The notes: a model not told the origin generated them from the sequence alone. Shown: positions 47,388 through 56,609, counted from the first letter of the stretch. The stretch is DNA of 64,000 nt from an uncultured Bacteroides sp. (GCA_964563955.1 CAZLZH010000002.1:12517-76516); one strand, 5' to 3'. Program-made: numbers and translations.

Positions 47388-48485
47388 TTACAATTCCAAT
47401 AAAATCGCGGTAAAGTTATCCTGCTTTGGATTTTGTTTTGCAAGCACAGCCTGTTCCATACGGGCCGCTGCCTCGGAAGCACACACGGACTCCTGCACAA
47501 TCCGGCAGATTTCCGGCTCCGAAAGCGTATTGAATACGCCATCCGACATCAACAGCAGCCAATCTCCCGTCTGATAGGAAAGCTTTTTCGTACTTCCATC
47601 TATATATTTTAATTCTCCCATTCCAATAAAGCTTGTGAGACCGCTCCGGCTTTTATCAGTTTTTACCGACTGAAATGTAATTCTTCCGTTAACCGCCTTC
47701 TGCATAAGCTCCGTCTCATAAATATGCTCCCGGTTTAACAGCAGCAGTTGATTTCCCCGATATAGATAAATATGACTGTCTCCAACGGTCGCCCACTGGA
47801 AACCATCCTTTTCAATCAATGCGGCAATCACAGTAGATCCACTCTTATACTGATTCTCCACGCCAAGCATTTGATTGACCTCATGGTTTGCGTGTGCAAT
47901 CATTTCATACAGGCAATTCTCGGTTTTTCCCGGTTTTAACATCGTGGAATCCTGCAGCATTGTCATAACTATCTGCTGGCTTACGCGGTCGCCGTCTGCA
48001 AGTCCGCCCATGCCATCTGCCACGATGGCAAGCGTTCCCCCGGCAAAATCCGTCATGCCGAGACTGTCCTGCTGTCCGCTTCTCCGCCCGATATTATGCA
48101 ATTTTCCGACACGGTTTTCGGCATTTACAGCCTCCGGTTCTACAGCTGTATGCTCTACAAGTACAGTCTGTTCCGGTAACGTCTCCACATCCATTTTATC
48201 CGTCTTGTTTTCCGCCTGTTTTTTTTGTAGGCGTACAAGCATATAGGCGAGTATTACACACGCAACGAATAAGACCGCGCTCAAGATACCAAACACAGTG
48301 GCAAGCTTCCCCTGTCCCTGTGTTCTTTTTGTTTCCGTCGCTGTTGACGGCGTAGCCTCAATCTCCGTTGATGGTGCAGTCTCCGTACCGCTTATCCCAA
48401 ACGCTGCATCCGACACGGTTGCCTGCTGTCCGTCCCCATCTGTCGCAAGCTCCACATGTTCATCATATATATATACACTCATCAT
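47388..48485 (-). CDS. Membrane-anchored PP2C phosphatase
   Basis: Thr-rich N-terminus, TM LATVFGILSAVLFVACVILAYMLV, then GRRSGQQD, VADGMGG, VGDSH, MSDGV, DNFT. Start approximate. Confidence 0.88.
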   Translation of the reverse strand: MMSVYIYDEHVELATDGDGQQATVSDAAFGISGTETAPSTEIEATPSTATETKRTQGQGKLATVFGILSAVLFVACVILAYMLVRLQKKQAENKTDKMDVETLPEQTVLVEHTAVEPEAVNAENRVGKLHNIGRRSGQQDSLGMTDFAGGTLAIVADGMGGLADGDRVSQQIVMTMLQDSTMLKPGKTENCLYEMIAHANHEVNQMLGVENQYKSGSTVIAALIEKDGFQWATVGDSHIYLYRGNQLLLLNREHIYETELMQKAVNGRITFQSVKTDKSRSGLTSFIGMGELKYIDGSTKKLSYQTGDWLLLMSDGVFNTLSEPEICRIVQESVCASEAAARMEQAVLAKQNPKQDNFTAILLEL

Positions 48486-48498
48486 TTCTTCCATCGCA

Positions 48499-49122
48499 TC
48501 ACACATTCCAATCAAATTTTTCTCCGCAAAGCGGTATAAACAAAAGCTTTGTGGAACCAATCGTAATCTCGTCATGATCGTTTATCTGTGTCGGTGTCAT
48601 AACCATCTTGCCATTCAGGCGAACAATACTTTTTCCGTCTGCCGGTCCGAAGAAGAATACTCGTTCCTCCTGGTCATAGGCAATCAGAGCGTGACGCTCC
48701 CGCCCAATCTTTTGATCCCCTCGAATACAGATATCCATCTGCTCACTTCTTCCAATGTAATTGTAACCGGCTCTGATTCTGTAATCCGTTCCACGCTCCG
48801 GTCCGTCGACGCAGACGAGCCATCCTGTAACCGGCGAAAATCCTGCAATACCACCGATATTCACAGCCTGTGTCGCTCCATCATAATCCTCAACGCCCAT
48901 ATTATTTGCAAGGTCGCCTCCGCCGAACATATCCATCGGCTCTGGTGCCTGCTCATTCATCATTCCAACCGGCTGTGTCGCTCCGTATTCACCCGGTCCC
49001 GTCTGGGCAAATACCGGTGCTGTCGCACCATATCCTCCTCCGTTTTCTGCCGCGCACTGCGGGCATGCCGTATTTGCTTCCGCATCATAAAAATGTCCTT
49101 TTTCGCATCTTACTATTTCCAT
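48499..49122 (-). CDS. FHA domain protein with N-terminal CxxGH...CPxC motif
   Basis: RCEKGHFYD...CPQC; GWLVCVDGPERG; FHA IGRS...IGRERH. Confidence 0.88.
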   Translation of the reverse strand: MEIVRCEKGHFYDAEANTACPQCAAENGGGYGATAPVFAQTGPGEYGATQPVGMMNEQAPEPMDMFGGGDLANNMGVEDYDGATQAVNIGGIAGFSPVTGWLVCVDGPERGTDYRIRAGYNYIGRSEQMDICIRGDQKIGRERHALIAYDQEERVFFFGPADGKSIVRLNGKMVMTPTQINDHDEITIGSTKLLFIPLCGEKFDWNV

Positions 49123-49162
49123 CGTTTTGTCCTCCTTTTATAAACATATTTTTAACCTTTTA

Positions 49163-50635
49163 TCAGGCTTTTTTAATCACAAACATATTCCTCTGCTCCC
49201 CGATGCAGAACCGGTCGCCCTCCTTTAATACAACCGGCGTATGCGGAGAGAGCTTTCCCTTCCCCTCCACATAGGTTCCAAATGAGGATTCCAAATCCAC
49301 AAGCATCAGATCATTCCCCTGCCAGTAAAGCTTGCAATGCATCCGGCTGACACCCTTTACATCAGACGGATACCGGATACTTGCCGACGCATCCCGTCCA
49401 ATCGTGACCTCTCTTGCATCCATCGGGTAAATGCGCCCGTCCATATATCCGCCGACTGCGCTAAGCTTACATTTCTTCCCTTGGACAGCAGTTCCCTTCG
49501 TCTCAGGAGCCGCTACAGCAGGCATTGGCGGTACATAAGGGGCGGTAGCCCCGATTTCTTCAACCTTACCGGGCGAATTCTGCATCGGTGCAGGCTGAGG
49601 CGCAGGGGCAGTTTTAATTGGATTTGGCTGGATTGATGCAGGCTGAATCGGTGTCTGATTCAAATAAGGATTTGCTTCCTGAAGCGGTACATCCTGTGAT
49701 GCACTTCCTGTTTCATCCTTTTGCTGTTTCTTTTTGAAATAGATTCCTCCGCCAATCAATCCGGCTCCGACCAATAAAATCCACCAATATTTTTGGATTC
49801 CGCCGGATTTTTTATCGCTGCTCTCCTTGTTGCTTTCATTTCCATTGTTACCTGTTCCCTGATTGTCATTTCCGCTTCCGTTGTTATTCGTTCCCGAATT
49901 ATCATTTCCGCTTCCGTTGTTATCCGTTCCCTGATTGTCATTTCCGCTTCCGTTGTTATTCGTTCCCGAATTATCATTTCCGCTTCCGCTGTTATCCGTT
50001 CCCGAATTATCATCCGAGTTTGCATAAAAGGTGTCCTCGCTTGCAAAAATCCCCCATATGCCTCCTTCTGTTGCAAGCGCAACACAATTTCCGTCTCCAT
50101 TTACAACCATCGCAGGCGGGTAATACGCACTTGTCGGTCCGTCTGACGCTGTTATAAACGCATAGTTATCCCGTATCTGAAGTCCCGTAATTGTGGCACT
50201 CGCCGTACTTTCATTGGAAGACTCATCCAAGTAATATACACTGCAGACCTCGTTTTCATGCGGTGCGTCAATCGAGTAAAAAGAAGTGTCCGGACTCCCG
50301 CCGACTAACGACCACTGAATCACGCTCAATGTGTTATCCAGTGCATACATTTCCAGATTATAAGAATTTCCCTCCGTCGAAATATAAACGTAATTGACTG
50401 TCGCATCGGTCATCGGCGACAATGACGAAAATATAAAGCATTCCCCCTGGCTGTCAATCAGTGCAGCGGCAGGACTGTATGCACACGGATTGTCTGTTTC
50501 ATCAAGTCCAAAGACATAGCCAGATATACCGGTTCTTCCGGCAGCCCGCGCCGGCTGCGCAGATACGGCAATTCCAAAAAGCAGCATGCACAAAGCAAGT
50601 GCGTAAATCTGCAAACGTGATCTTCGTTTTTTCAT
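49163..50635 (-). CDS. Signal peptide, trypsin-like (probably inactive) domain, Asn/Gly repeats, TM, Pro-rich linker, FHA
   Basis: Start MKKRRSRL (50635) with signal peptide; VVNGDGNCVALAT; TM YWWILLVGAGLIGGGIYF; FHA IGRD...GVSRMHC...SSFGT. Confidence 0.8.
   Translation of the reverse strand: MKKRRSRLQIYALALCMLLFGIAVSAQPARAAGRTGISGYVFGLDETDNPCAYSPAAALIDSQGECFIFSSLSPMTDATVNYVYISTEGNSYNLEMYALDNTLSVIQWSLVGGSPDTSFYSIDAPHENEVCSVYYLDESSNESTASATITGLQIRDNYAFITASDGPTSAYYPPAMVVNGDGNCVALATEGGIWGIFASEDTFYANSDDNSGTDNSGSGNDNSGTNNNGSGNDNQGTDNNGSGNDNSGTNNNGSGNDNQGTGNNGNESNKESSDKKSGGIQKYWWILLVGAGLIGGGIYFKKKQQKDETGSASQDVPLQEANPYLNQTPIQPASIQPNPIKTAPAPQPAPMQNSPGKVEEIGATAPYVPPMPAVAAPETKGTAVQGKKCKLSAVGGYMDGRIYPMDAREVTIGRDASASIRYPSDVKGVSRMHCKLYWQGNDLMLVDLESSFGTYVEGKGKLSPHTPVVLKEGDRFCIGEQRNMFVIKKA
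49845..50012 (-). repeat. In-frame 36-bp tandem repeat (about 4.5 copies, 72-bp higher-order period)
   Basis: Encodes alternating NDNSGTNNNGSG / NDNQGTDNNGSG units. Confidence 0.9.
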
Positions 50636-50655
50636 GCTGATACCCCCATTCTTTA

Positions 50656-52029
50656 TTATCTCTGATAAGTAACGCGGAACGTCTGATTGGATTGCGCAAG
50701 CTGTATTACATCGCCCTCCCGCAGGACATAAAATCTGCCCGGCTCCAGCTTCACGCGATTTACAAACGTTCCATATGTAGAATTCAAATCGCGGATTGTC
50801 CATCCCTGATCCGTATATTGAATGATACAATGCTGTCTGCTGACACCCGCCACATTGCCCGATATCTTAAATATATTTCCATCCTCGCGCCCTATCGTAA
50901 GTGTTTCTGACATCACGGACTGCCATACAGCGCCTTTTATAACGCCCTCCATACACACAACCGTAAGCTTCGGTGTGGACTGTGGTGCCTCAGCCGCTGC
51001 CATCTGCGCCGGTGCATACGACTGTGCACTTCCGCTCGTATAACCCGACGGTGCAATCACCTGATACAGACATTTTTTAACGATATACAACACAAGCAAC
51101 CATTGCAACAATAAGAATCCAATATAGACAATATACGATACAAGCTGATCAAGCCCATGCTCAGCCGAGTAGGTTCCAAAGGCATTCCATGAAAAATGCA
51201 GTGCCATTGCTCCGATAAATGCGATTAAGAAATCAATATCTATAAAAGCCGATCCGCGCATCTTACCCTTTTTGCACGCAAGTGCATACGCCCCTGAGTA
51301 AGACGCGCACCAAAGCGTATGTGTGCCAAAGGCGCCGATCATCCGGCCATAAACAAACATCTGCATTGCACCATATAATCCGGATGTTTCTCCCTGCAGC
51401 GCATACTGCGCTGATTCAAATGCCGAAAACCCAGCTCCTACAGCCGCACCGATTATGACTCCATTTATTCCATAGAGTGTTTTCTTTTTCGTAAAAAACA
51501 GCATGCATAAAAGCGCCGCAATCAGCTTTGCCGGTTCCTCCGTAAATGCCGCATATGATGCCGGCGTTTCCTTTGTTGCGATAAACCGCAATATCACTTC
51601 TGTCACAAGCAGAGAGGTCACCCCTCCAACGAAAAAATAACCGATTACCTCATAGATTGAAATGTTTTTGGGAATATTCAGTTCCCATAAAAACACAAGC
51701 ACCACAAGCGGTATGACAAGCGGAGGAATCACAATTGCGATAATCTGTATCGCAGGTACAATGTATTCAATTTTAATGGAAATAAAATAAACCAGAAATA
51801 TAAACGCGATTAAAATCAGACCGGCAATAAACAGCCGATACCAGACCCACGGCTTATGCCATTTTTTGAGCATATCCGCATCGGTTGCAGTGTTCATGGA
51901 GGTTCCTGCGGACAGCGCATATTCAAGCTCCTCCTTCGAGTGCTTTTTCCGGCTCTCTGAAAAAATGTCCCTCCATTTTATCTTATTTGCATCCGTTTTT
52001 ACCTGCTTATAAAAAAAGGTATTCCCCAT
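50656..52029 (-). CDS. PrsW-family intramembrane glutamic protease fused to a C-terminal FHA domain
   Basis: FTEEPAK, GAGFSAFESAQY, THTLW, ALHFSWN, many TM segments; FHA IGRE...GVSRQHC...STYGT. Start at MGNTFF (52029, RBS GGAGG). Confidence 0.88.
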   Translation of the reverse strand: MGNTFFYKQVKTDANKIKWRDIFSESRKKHSKEELEYALSAGTSMNTATDADMLKKWHKPWVWYRLFIAGLILIAFIFLVYFISIKIEYIVPAIQIIAIVIPPLVIPLVVLVFLWELNIPKNISIYEVIGYFFVGGVTSLLVTEVILRFIATKETPASYAAFTEEPAKLIAALLCMLFFTKKKTLYGINGVIIGAAVGAGFSAFESAQYALQGETSGLYGAMQMFVYGRMIGAFGTHTLWCASYSGAYALACKKGKMRGSAFIDIDFLIAFIGAMALHFSWNAFGTYSAEHGLDQLVSYIVYIGFLLLQWLLVLYIVKKCLYQVIAPSGYTSGSAQSYAPAQMAAAEAPQSTPKLTVVCMEGVIKGAVWQSVMSETLTIGREDGNIFKISGNVAGVSRQHCIIQYTDQGWTIRDLNSTYGTFVNRVKLEPGRFYVLREGDVIQLAQSNQTFRVTYQR

Positions 52030-52093
52030 GTATATGCCTCCTTCCCGGTCAAATAAAGTAAATATATGGGATATTTTAGCATAGAAAAATACG

Positions 52094-52141
52094 AAAAAGG
52101 GATGCAGCCAGCACACATCATGTACTGGCCGCATCCCTTTT
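52094..52141 (-). terminator. Terminator separating the DUF4349 gene from the kinase operon
   Basis: AAAAGGGATGC...GCCAG-loop-CTGGC...GCATCCCTTTT. Confidence 0.75.
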
Positions 52142-52164
52142 ATTTATCCGTCTGAAATCGACTC

Positions 52165-53205
52165 TTATTTCTCCTGCTCACTCTCGGAATCCTGTACAGG
52201 CTGAGCAGGATTACTGCTTTCCTCCTTCCGATTCCGTTTTGCCTTTCTCTTTTTAATCAATGCTTTTATAACGATGATAATGACTACAATCACTACGATG
52301 CCATAAATATTCCGGATGACAAAGAACAATGTGTTCTCAAGGAATTTTAAGAAGCTCTGCCATGATTGTCTGCATGTATTTTTAAACCGGTTTCCGAAAG
52401 TATCCGTCGGCTCCGGATCCTCCTCATACTCCTTTACCTCCTTAATTGTGATATCAATATAAGAATATGCCACATCATTCTCGATATTGGTAATTCCCGA
52501 TTTCAACCGCGCAATCTCCATCTGAATATCAAACAGCTCGTTCTCAATCTGTAATGCATACTCATCATCGGTCGCGCTCTCAAGCAGCGTCAGGTAGCGT
52601 GCATACTCTGCCTCATAAATCTCAAGCTGGGACTTATAAGTGCTGTACTGCTGTGTCACATTTGTAGCATCCGAGCATCTGCTTCTGACATCTCCGAGTG
52701 TTGTCGCTGCATTTATGATCGCGTCATATTCCGTACTCGGAACCCGTACAGTCGCGTAATACAAATTGTGCTTCCGGTTATTATCAACCGCATAATAACC
52801 GCTTGTGGAATAGCTGTCCGAATAGGACTCGGATTCCACAAATCCGCCCTTTTGATTAAGCAGCGTCTTAAAATCATTTACAGACGTATCAAAATCCAAC
52901 GTATCAATACTGAGTTCACCCCGATATACAAGCATCTCCTTATCCAGCTTAGGAGCAGAATCCGTGCCTGTATTCGCCGTGGCAGAAAGTCCATTGTCTG
53001 CAAGCTCTTCATCCGCTGATGAATACATTTCATCCATTTCTTCTGCCACATCATCCGTATAAGATGCTTCCGTATTCTCCATCACGGCTTCATAATATGA
53101 ATCAGATTTCATCTGCTCGTCCGACGCCTTGTTTCCGCAACCGGTACAAAGCATTGCCAACGCGGCAGCCACTACCATTTGCTTTTTCCATCTCTTTTTT
53201 TTCAT
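52165..53205 (-). CDS. DUF4349-like lipoprotein with C-terminal TM
   Basis: Lipobox CTGC, ATVRVPS, DVTQQY-like motif, VAYSYIDITI, C-terminal TM plus basic tail. Confidence 0.8.
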   Translation of the reverse strand: MKKKRWKKQMVVAAALAMLCTGCGNKASDEQMKSDSYYEAVMENTEASYTDDVAEEMDEMYSSADEELADNGLSATANTGTDSAPKLDKEMLVYRGELSIDTLDFDTSVNDFKTLLNQKGGFVESESYSDSYSTSGYYAVDNNRKHNLYYATVRVPSTEYDAIINAATTLGDVRSRCSDATNVTQQYSTYKSQLEIYEAEYARYLTLLESATDDEYALQIENELFDIQMEIARLKSGITNIENDVAYSYIDITIKEVKEYEEDPEPTDTFGNRFKNTCRQSWQSFLKFLENTLFFVIRNIYGIVVIVVIIIVIKALIKKRKAKRNRKEESSNPAQPVQDSESEQEK

Positions 53206-53293
53206 GTATATCCCCTTTCCTGTGTTCCTGTTTTCCTTTGGATATATACTATACGAATCAGATTTTTATTTTTATGGAAATTTTTTAAAATTT

Positions 53294-55048
53294 TTATTCC
53301 GCGTAAACAATTTCAAACTCCGGCTCCCCATATTGCTCGACCAATGCCGCCATCTCATCCCTCTTACTATAACTCACTTCCAGCTTTTGGAGGTTCGGCA
53401 TCGTATACAATGGTGACAAATCTTCGATTTGGCAGGATACAATATTAAGGTACTGAATATCCTCCCGCCCCTTAAGCGCAGATATATCCGTAATCTCAGA
53501 ATGGTAAATATACAGCTTCGTTACGCCTTCTACTTCATCCAGGCAGGACAACTCCGTCTGTCCGGGTGCTCCGAACTTTATTTCATCGTAGCTTTTTCCA
53601 CCCAGGTACATATAGGCATCCGAATCACAGGCAATATCTAAAAAACTCGGCTCACGCAAAGCTTCAATCGGGCTTCCGTCAAAGCTGCCGGCATTGCGCA
53701 AATCCAAGCTTTTCAAAGCCGGGCAGTTTCGAATCACCTCAATGCTTTTCAAGTTATTATTGCAAAACCCTATAAAACTCAGGTATTTCTTATCTGCAAG
53801 CACCGATATATCCTCAATATCATTTTCACGAAATTCTATCAAGACCAGCTTGTCAAGATATTTGAGCGGTGAAATATCTGTAATATGCTCTCCTCCGATA
53901 TACACATTTTGCAGATTCGGCATATAAGCAAGATCAGAGATATCCGTGAGTTCTCCCTGCATACTTCCACGCTCATCCCATGTATATGCATATTCATAAT
54001 ATTCCTCTTCTGTTTTGACAGCATATTTCTCGAATATATATATTTCCTTTACATCCTTTAATTCCTCATACTTAATATTGCCGTATGGCTTACCAAGCTC
54101 CAGCCGGACCGCTTCCTCTATCAACGGTTCCTTAAAATCTATCACCCTGTCATGCCGGTAAGCTTTATATCTCATCACGCCGACAACCGTCAAAACGACC
54201 AGCAACACACCCATGGCAATCATACTGATCCATTTTTTCCTTGCATGCGATTGATACTCTTTCGTCAATTTTTGCAATGAAAAAATCAGCACATTATCAT
54301 CCTTGAACCGTTTTTCCGGTGCAAAGCCGGTGCATCGTGCTGAAATCTTCTCAAGCTTTGAAACGGGATCCTTAAACGGCTTTGCCTTTCCGGTCATCAT
54401 CCATGCAAGCAGAATTCCAAACGAATAAATGTCTGAGCGGATATCCGTCTGCATAAATCCGTACTGCTCCGGTGCTGCATATCCCTTCGTACCGCAGACA
54501 ATCGTATCCACATCTTCCCCTTCTTTGTAGATGCGGCTGATGCCAAAGTCAATCAGAGCTACACTGCCGTCCTCTTTTATAATCACATTTTGCGGTTTGA
54601 TATCTCTGTGTACGATGACCGGATTGGATGTATGTAAAATCTCCATTGCCTTCGCAAGCTTAATTGCTATAGCAATGATTTCTTCCTCCAGCACATGATG
54701 CGTCAGAAAAAATTCATCCAGCGGTGTCCCTTCCACATACTCCCGCACAACAATCTGGTATTTCTCGCTTTCATATTCCCCGACCAAATCCGGTATGATA
54801 TCGCTGGCCAATCCATTTGCCTGCATGGAGATATCCATTGAAAAGTCATCCTGCTCCCTACGGTAACATTTTGCCACACATTTTTTCTGCGTCTTTGTCT
54901 CAACCACGAGTAGAGTATCACAATCATCCTTGCTGCTCAGGCAGGAAACCACTGTATATCCTTCCATAAATGCCTGTGGCAGTTCCTGTTCATAGCTTTT
55001 ATCAAATTCTGCTTCAAACGCTTCTTTTATATCCATTCTGTCAGTCAC
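53294..55048 (-). CDS. Membrane Ser/Thr kinase with extracellular internalin-type LRRs
   Basis: VHRDIKPQN, DFG, YAAPEQ; TM; ITDISPLKYL and IEDISVL LRRs. GTG start directly abuts the upstream TAA. Confidence 0.88.
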   Translation of the reverse strand: MTDRMDIKEAFEAEFDKSYEQELPQAFMEGYTVVSCLSSKDDCDTLLVVETKTQKKCVAKCYRREQDDFSMDISMQANGLASDIIPDLVGEYESEKYQIVVREYVEGTPLDEFFLTHHVLEEEIIAIAIKLAKAMEILHTSNPVIVHRDIKPQNVIIKEDGSVALIDFGISRIYKEGEDVDTIVCGTKGYAAPEQYGFMQTDIRSDIYSFGILLAWMMTGKAKPFKDPVSKLEKISARCTGFAPEKRFKDDNVLIFSLQKLTKEYQSHARKKWISMIAMGVLLVVLTVVGVMRYKAYRHDRVIDFKEPLIEEAVRLELGKPYGNIKYEELKDVKEIYIFEKYAVKTEEEYYEYAYTWDERGSMQGELTDISDLAYMPNLQNVYIGGEHITDISPLKYLDKLVLIEFRENDIEDISVLADKKYLSFIGFCNNNLKSIEVIRNCPALKSLDLRNAGSFDGSPIEALREPSFLDIACDSDAYMYLGGKSYDEIKFGAPGQTELSCLDEVEGVTKLYIYHSEITDISALKGREDIQYLNIVSCQIEDLSPLYTMPNLQKLEVSYSKRDEMAALVEQYGEPEFEIVYAE

Positions 55049-55474
55049 TTATCCTTCTCCAAGCAATGGAAGCTCAAGCGACGCCATCAAATCCTGCACC
55101 TCCATCACACTCATTTTATGTGATAATCCGTAAATACAGGCGGCATCCCGCTTCACCTTTGCATACAACATACATTTTCCTGCTTTCTTCAGCAGCGTCT
55201 GCGTCTCTTCAAATGTCAGCCCAAAGCCAAAGGCAAGCTGTATCAGCTTATCTCTTGAAGGAATCCGGGTTCCGTTAAATATCTGATGCCCATATGTCCT
55301 GTCTATCTGTGATCTTTTTATGACCTGCTCCGGTACCTGTCGGCGCACTTCACATAAGTCCTTCAAATACCGCGATACACTCTGCTCTGTAAAGCAGTCG
55401 TCATTTGTCTCAAGCACCTTTTGAAAATTTTTGCCATGCATAATTCTATTTAACAAAGAATTTGTCGTAAGCAT
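55049..55474 (-). CDS. XRE-like helix-turn-helix protein
   Basis: IDRTYGHQIFNGTRIPSRDKLIQLAFGFGLTFEETQTLLK. Start at MLTT (RBS GGAGGAG). Confidence 0.75.
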   Translation of the reverse strand: MLTTNSLLNRIMHGKNFQKVLETNDDCFTEQSVSRYLKDLCEVRRQVPEQVIKRSQIDRTYGHQIFNGTRIPSRDKLIQLAFGFGLTFEETQTLLKKAGKCMLYAKVKRDAACIYGLSHKMSVMEVQDLMASLELPLLGEG

Positions 55475-55505
55475 ATAGAACACTCCTCCCGTTTGCCCCG
55501 GCGAT

Positions 55506-56609
55506 TTATAGCTCCTTTACCGCCCCGTTACTGACAACCTGATCTTTTCCATGTCTTTTTCCATAGTATAATCGATCATCTGCTATCGTAATCAGCTTTT
55601 CATGTTTTGGATTCTCATCATAATATGCAATCCCAAATGTCATAGTAACATGGATTGTCTGCAAATTGTATACGATATGTTTTTGACGGATCTCCTCTAT
55701 CATTTTTTCCATCACGGAAACTGCATACGGCATATCCCCATAAAGCAAAATCAAAAATTCCTCTCCACCCCAACGACACGGTACCGCTGTTTCCGGCAGA
55801 TTTTCTCTTATCACTTCCGCAACACCTACAAGCACGACATCCCCGCAATCATGCCCGTATGTATCATTTACCGCCTTGAAATCATCGATATCTCCAAGAA
55901 TAACACAATATGGTTTTCCGGATTCTCTATATTTTTGAAAATAAGAAGCAATATAATGTCGATTACTTAAACCTGTGAGCTTATCATAATTTGCATAGAA
56001 ATCCAGCTGCTTATTTTTTTCAATCAAAAGTGCATTGCTTACATCAGCCAAATGCTTATTGTATGCCATTTCCGATAAAATATTTGCCGTCACATATAAA
56101 AAATTAGCCGCATTATCAATTTTTTTGCGATCCAAAATATAAACCGTCTCCAATGCCTTGACATATGCATCCGGGTCTACCTGTATCTCTTTTGCAATTC
56201 TCCGATATTTCTCCGACTCCGTTTTTTCCGGCAGAACCTGACCGCCGATAAAGCAGCCGATCATCTCACCATTTACCATAATCGGCGCGGCATAATCAAT
56301 CAAGCCTGCATGACATTCATAGACACAGACATGTCCATTCTTTCTGGCATTTTCCGCACCGTTTTTATCGCACTGTTCGCAGCGGCGTCCGCCAATTTCT
56401 GATTGTCTTGTATAGACCGTGCAAAAATCCGTAAAATTTGATCCTTTTGTTACCGGCACTCCATACTTATCCGTTGTAAGCGCTGCCATGCCGGTCATAT
56501 TGGAAAAAGCATCCTGTATTTTTTGCAGCGTCTCGACAGATATGTAATCCGTCAGAGTCCATTTCTTCTTTTCTTCTTCACTCACAGTTTCATAATAAAT
56601 ACGATTCAT
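55506..56609 (-). CDS. PocR-sensor diguanylate cyclase
   Basis: PocR LQKIQDAFSNMTG...CHAGLIDYAAPI; cyclase DKLTGL, DIDDFKAVNDTYGH, RWGGEEF. Confidence 0.92.
   Translation of the reverse strand: MNRIYYETVSEEEKKKWTLTDYISVETLQKIQDAFSNMTGMAALTTDKYGVPVTKGSNFTDFCTVYTRQSEIGGRRCEQCDKNGAENARKNGHVCVYECHAGLIDYAAPIMVNGEMIGCFIGGQVLPEKTESEKYRRIAKEIQVDPDAYVKALETVYILDRKKIDNAANFLYVTANILSEMAYNKHLADVSNALLIEKNKQLDFYANYDKLTGLSNRHYIASYFQKYRESGKPYCVILGDIDDFKAVNDTYGHDCGDVVLVGVAEVIRENLPETAVPCRWGGEEFLILLYGDMPYAVSVMEKMIEEIRQKHIVYNLQTIHVTMTFGIAYYDENPKHEKLITIADDRLYYGKRHGKDQVVSNGAVKEL

Noticed and set aside
48298-49143. 281-aa plus-strand ORF
   Set aside because: Antisense to the FHA and PP2C genes, no motif. The same reasoning was applied to the many short antisense or alternate-frame ORFs in the track.
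49845-50012. 36-bp repeats resembling a CRISPR array
   Set aside because: Units are contiguous with no unique spacers, lie in frame in a CDS, and no cas genes are present. The 114-aa alternate-frame ORF at 49756-50100 is a by-product of the repeat.
50636-50830. Apparent large gene overlaps implied by ORF-track starts (also at 7804, 24511, 29248, 39388, 48575, 52134, 59233, 62260)
   Set aside because: Downstream start codons with clear Shine-Dalgarno sequences or better-fitting N-termini remove the overlaps.
42127-52029. Calling the kinase operon a TerY-P defence system or a T6SS/T7SS accessory locus
   Set aside because: No vWA/TerY domain and no secretion structural genes were recognised in the window.
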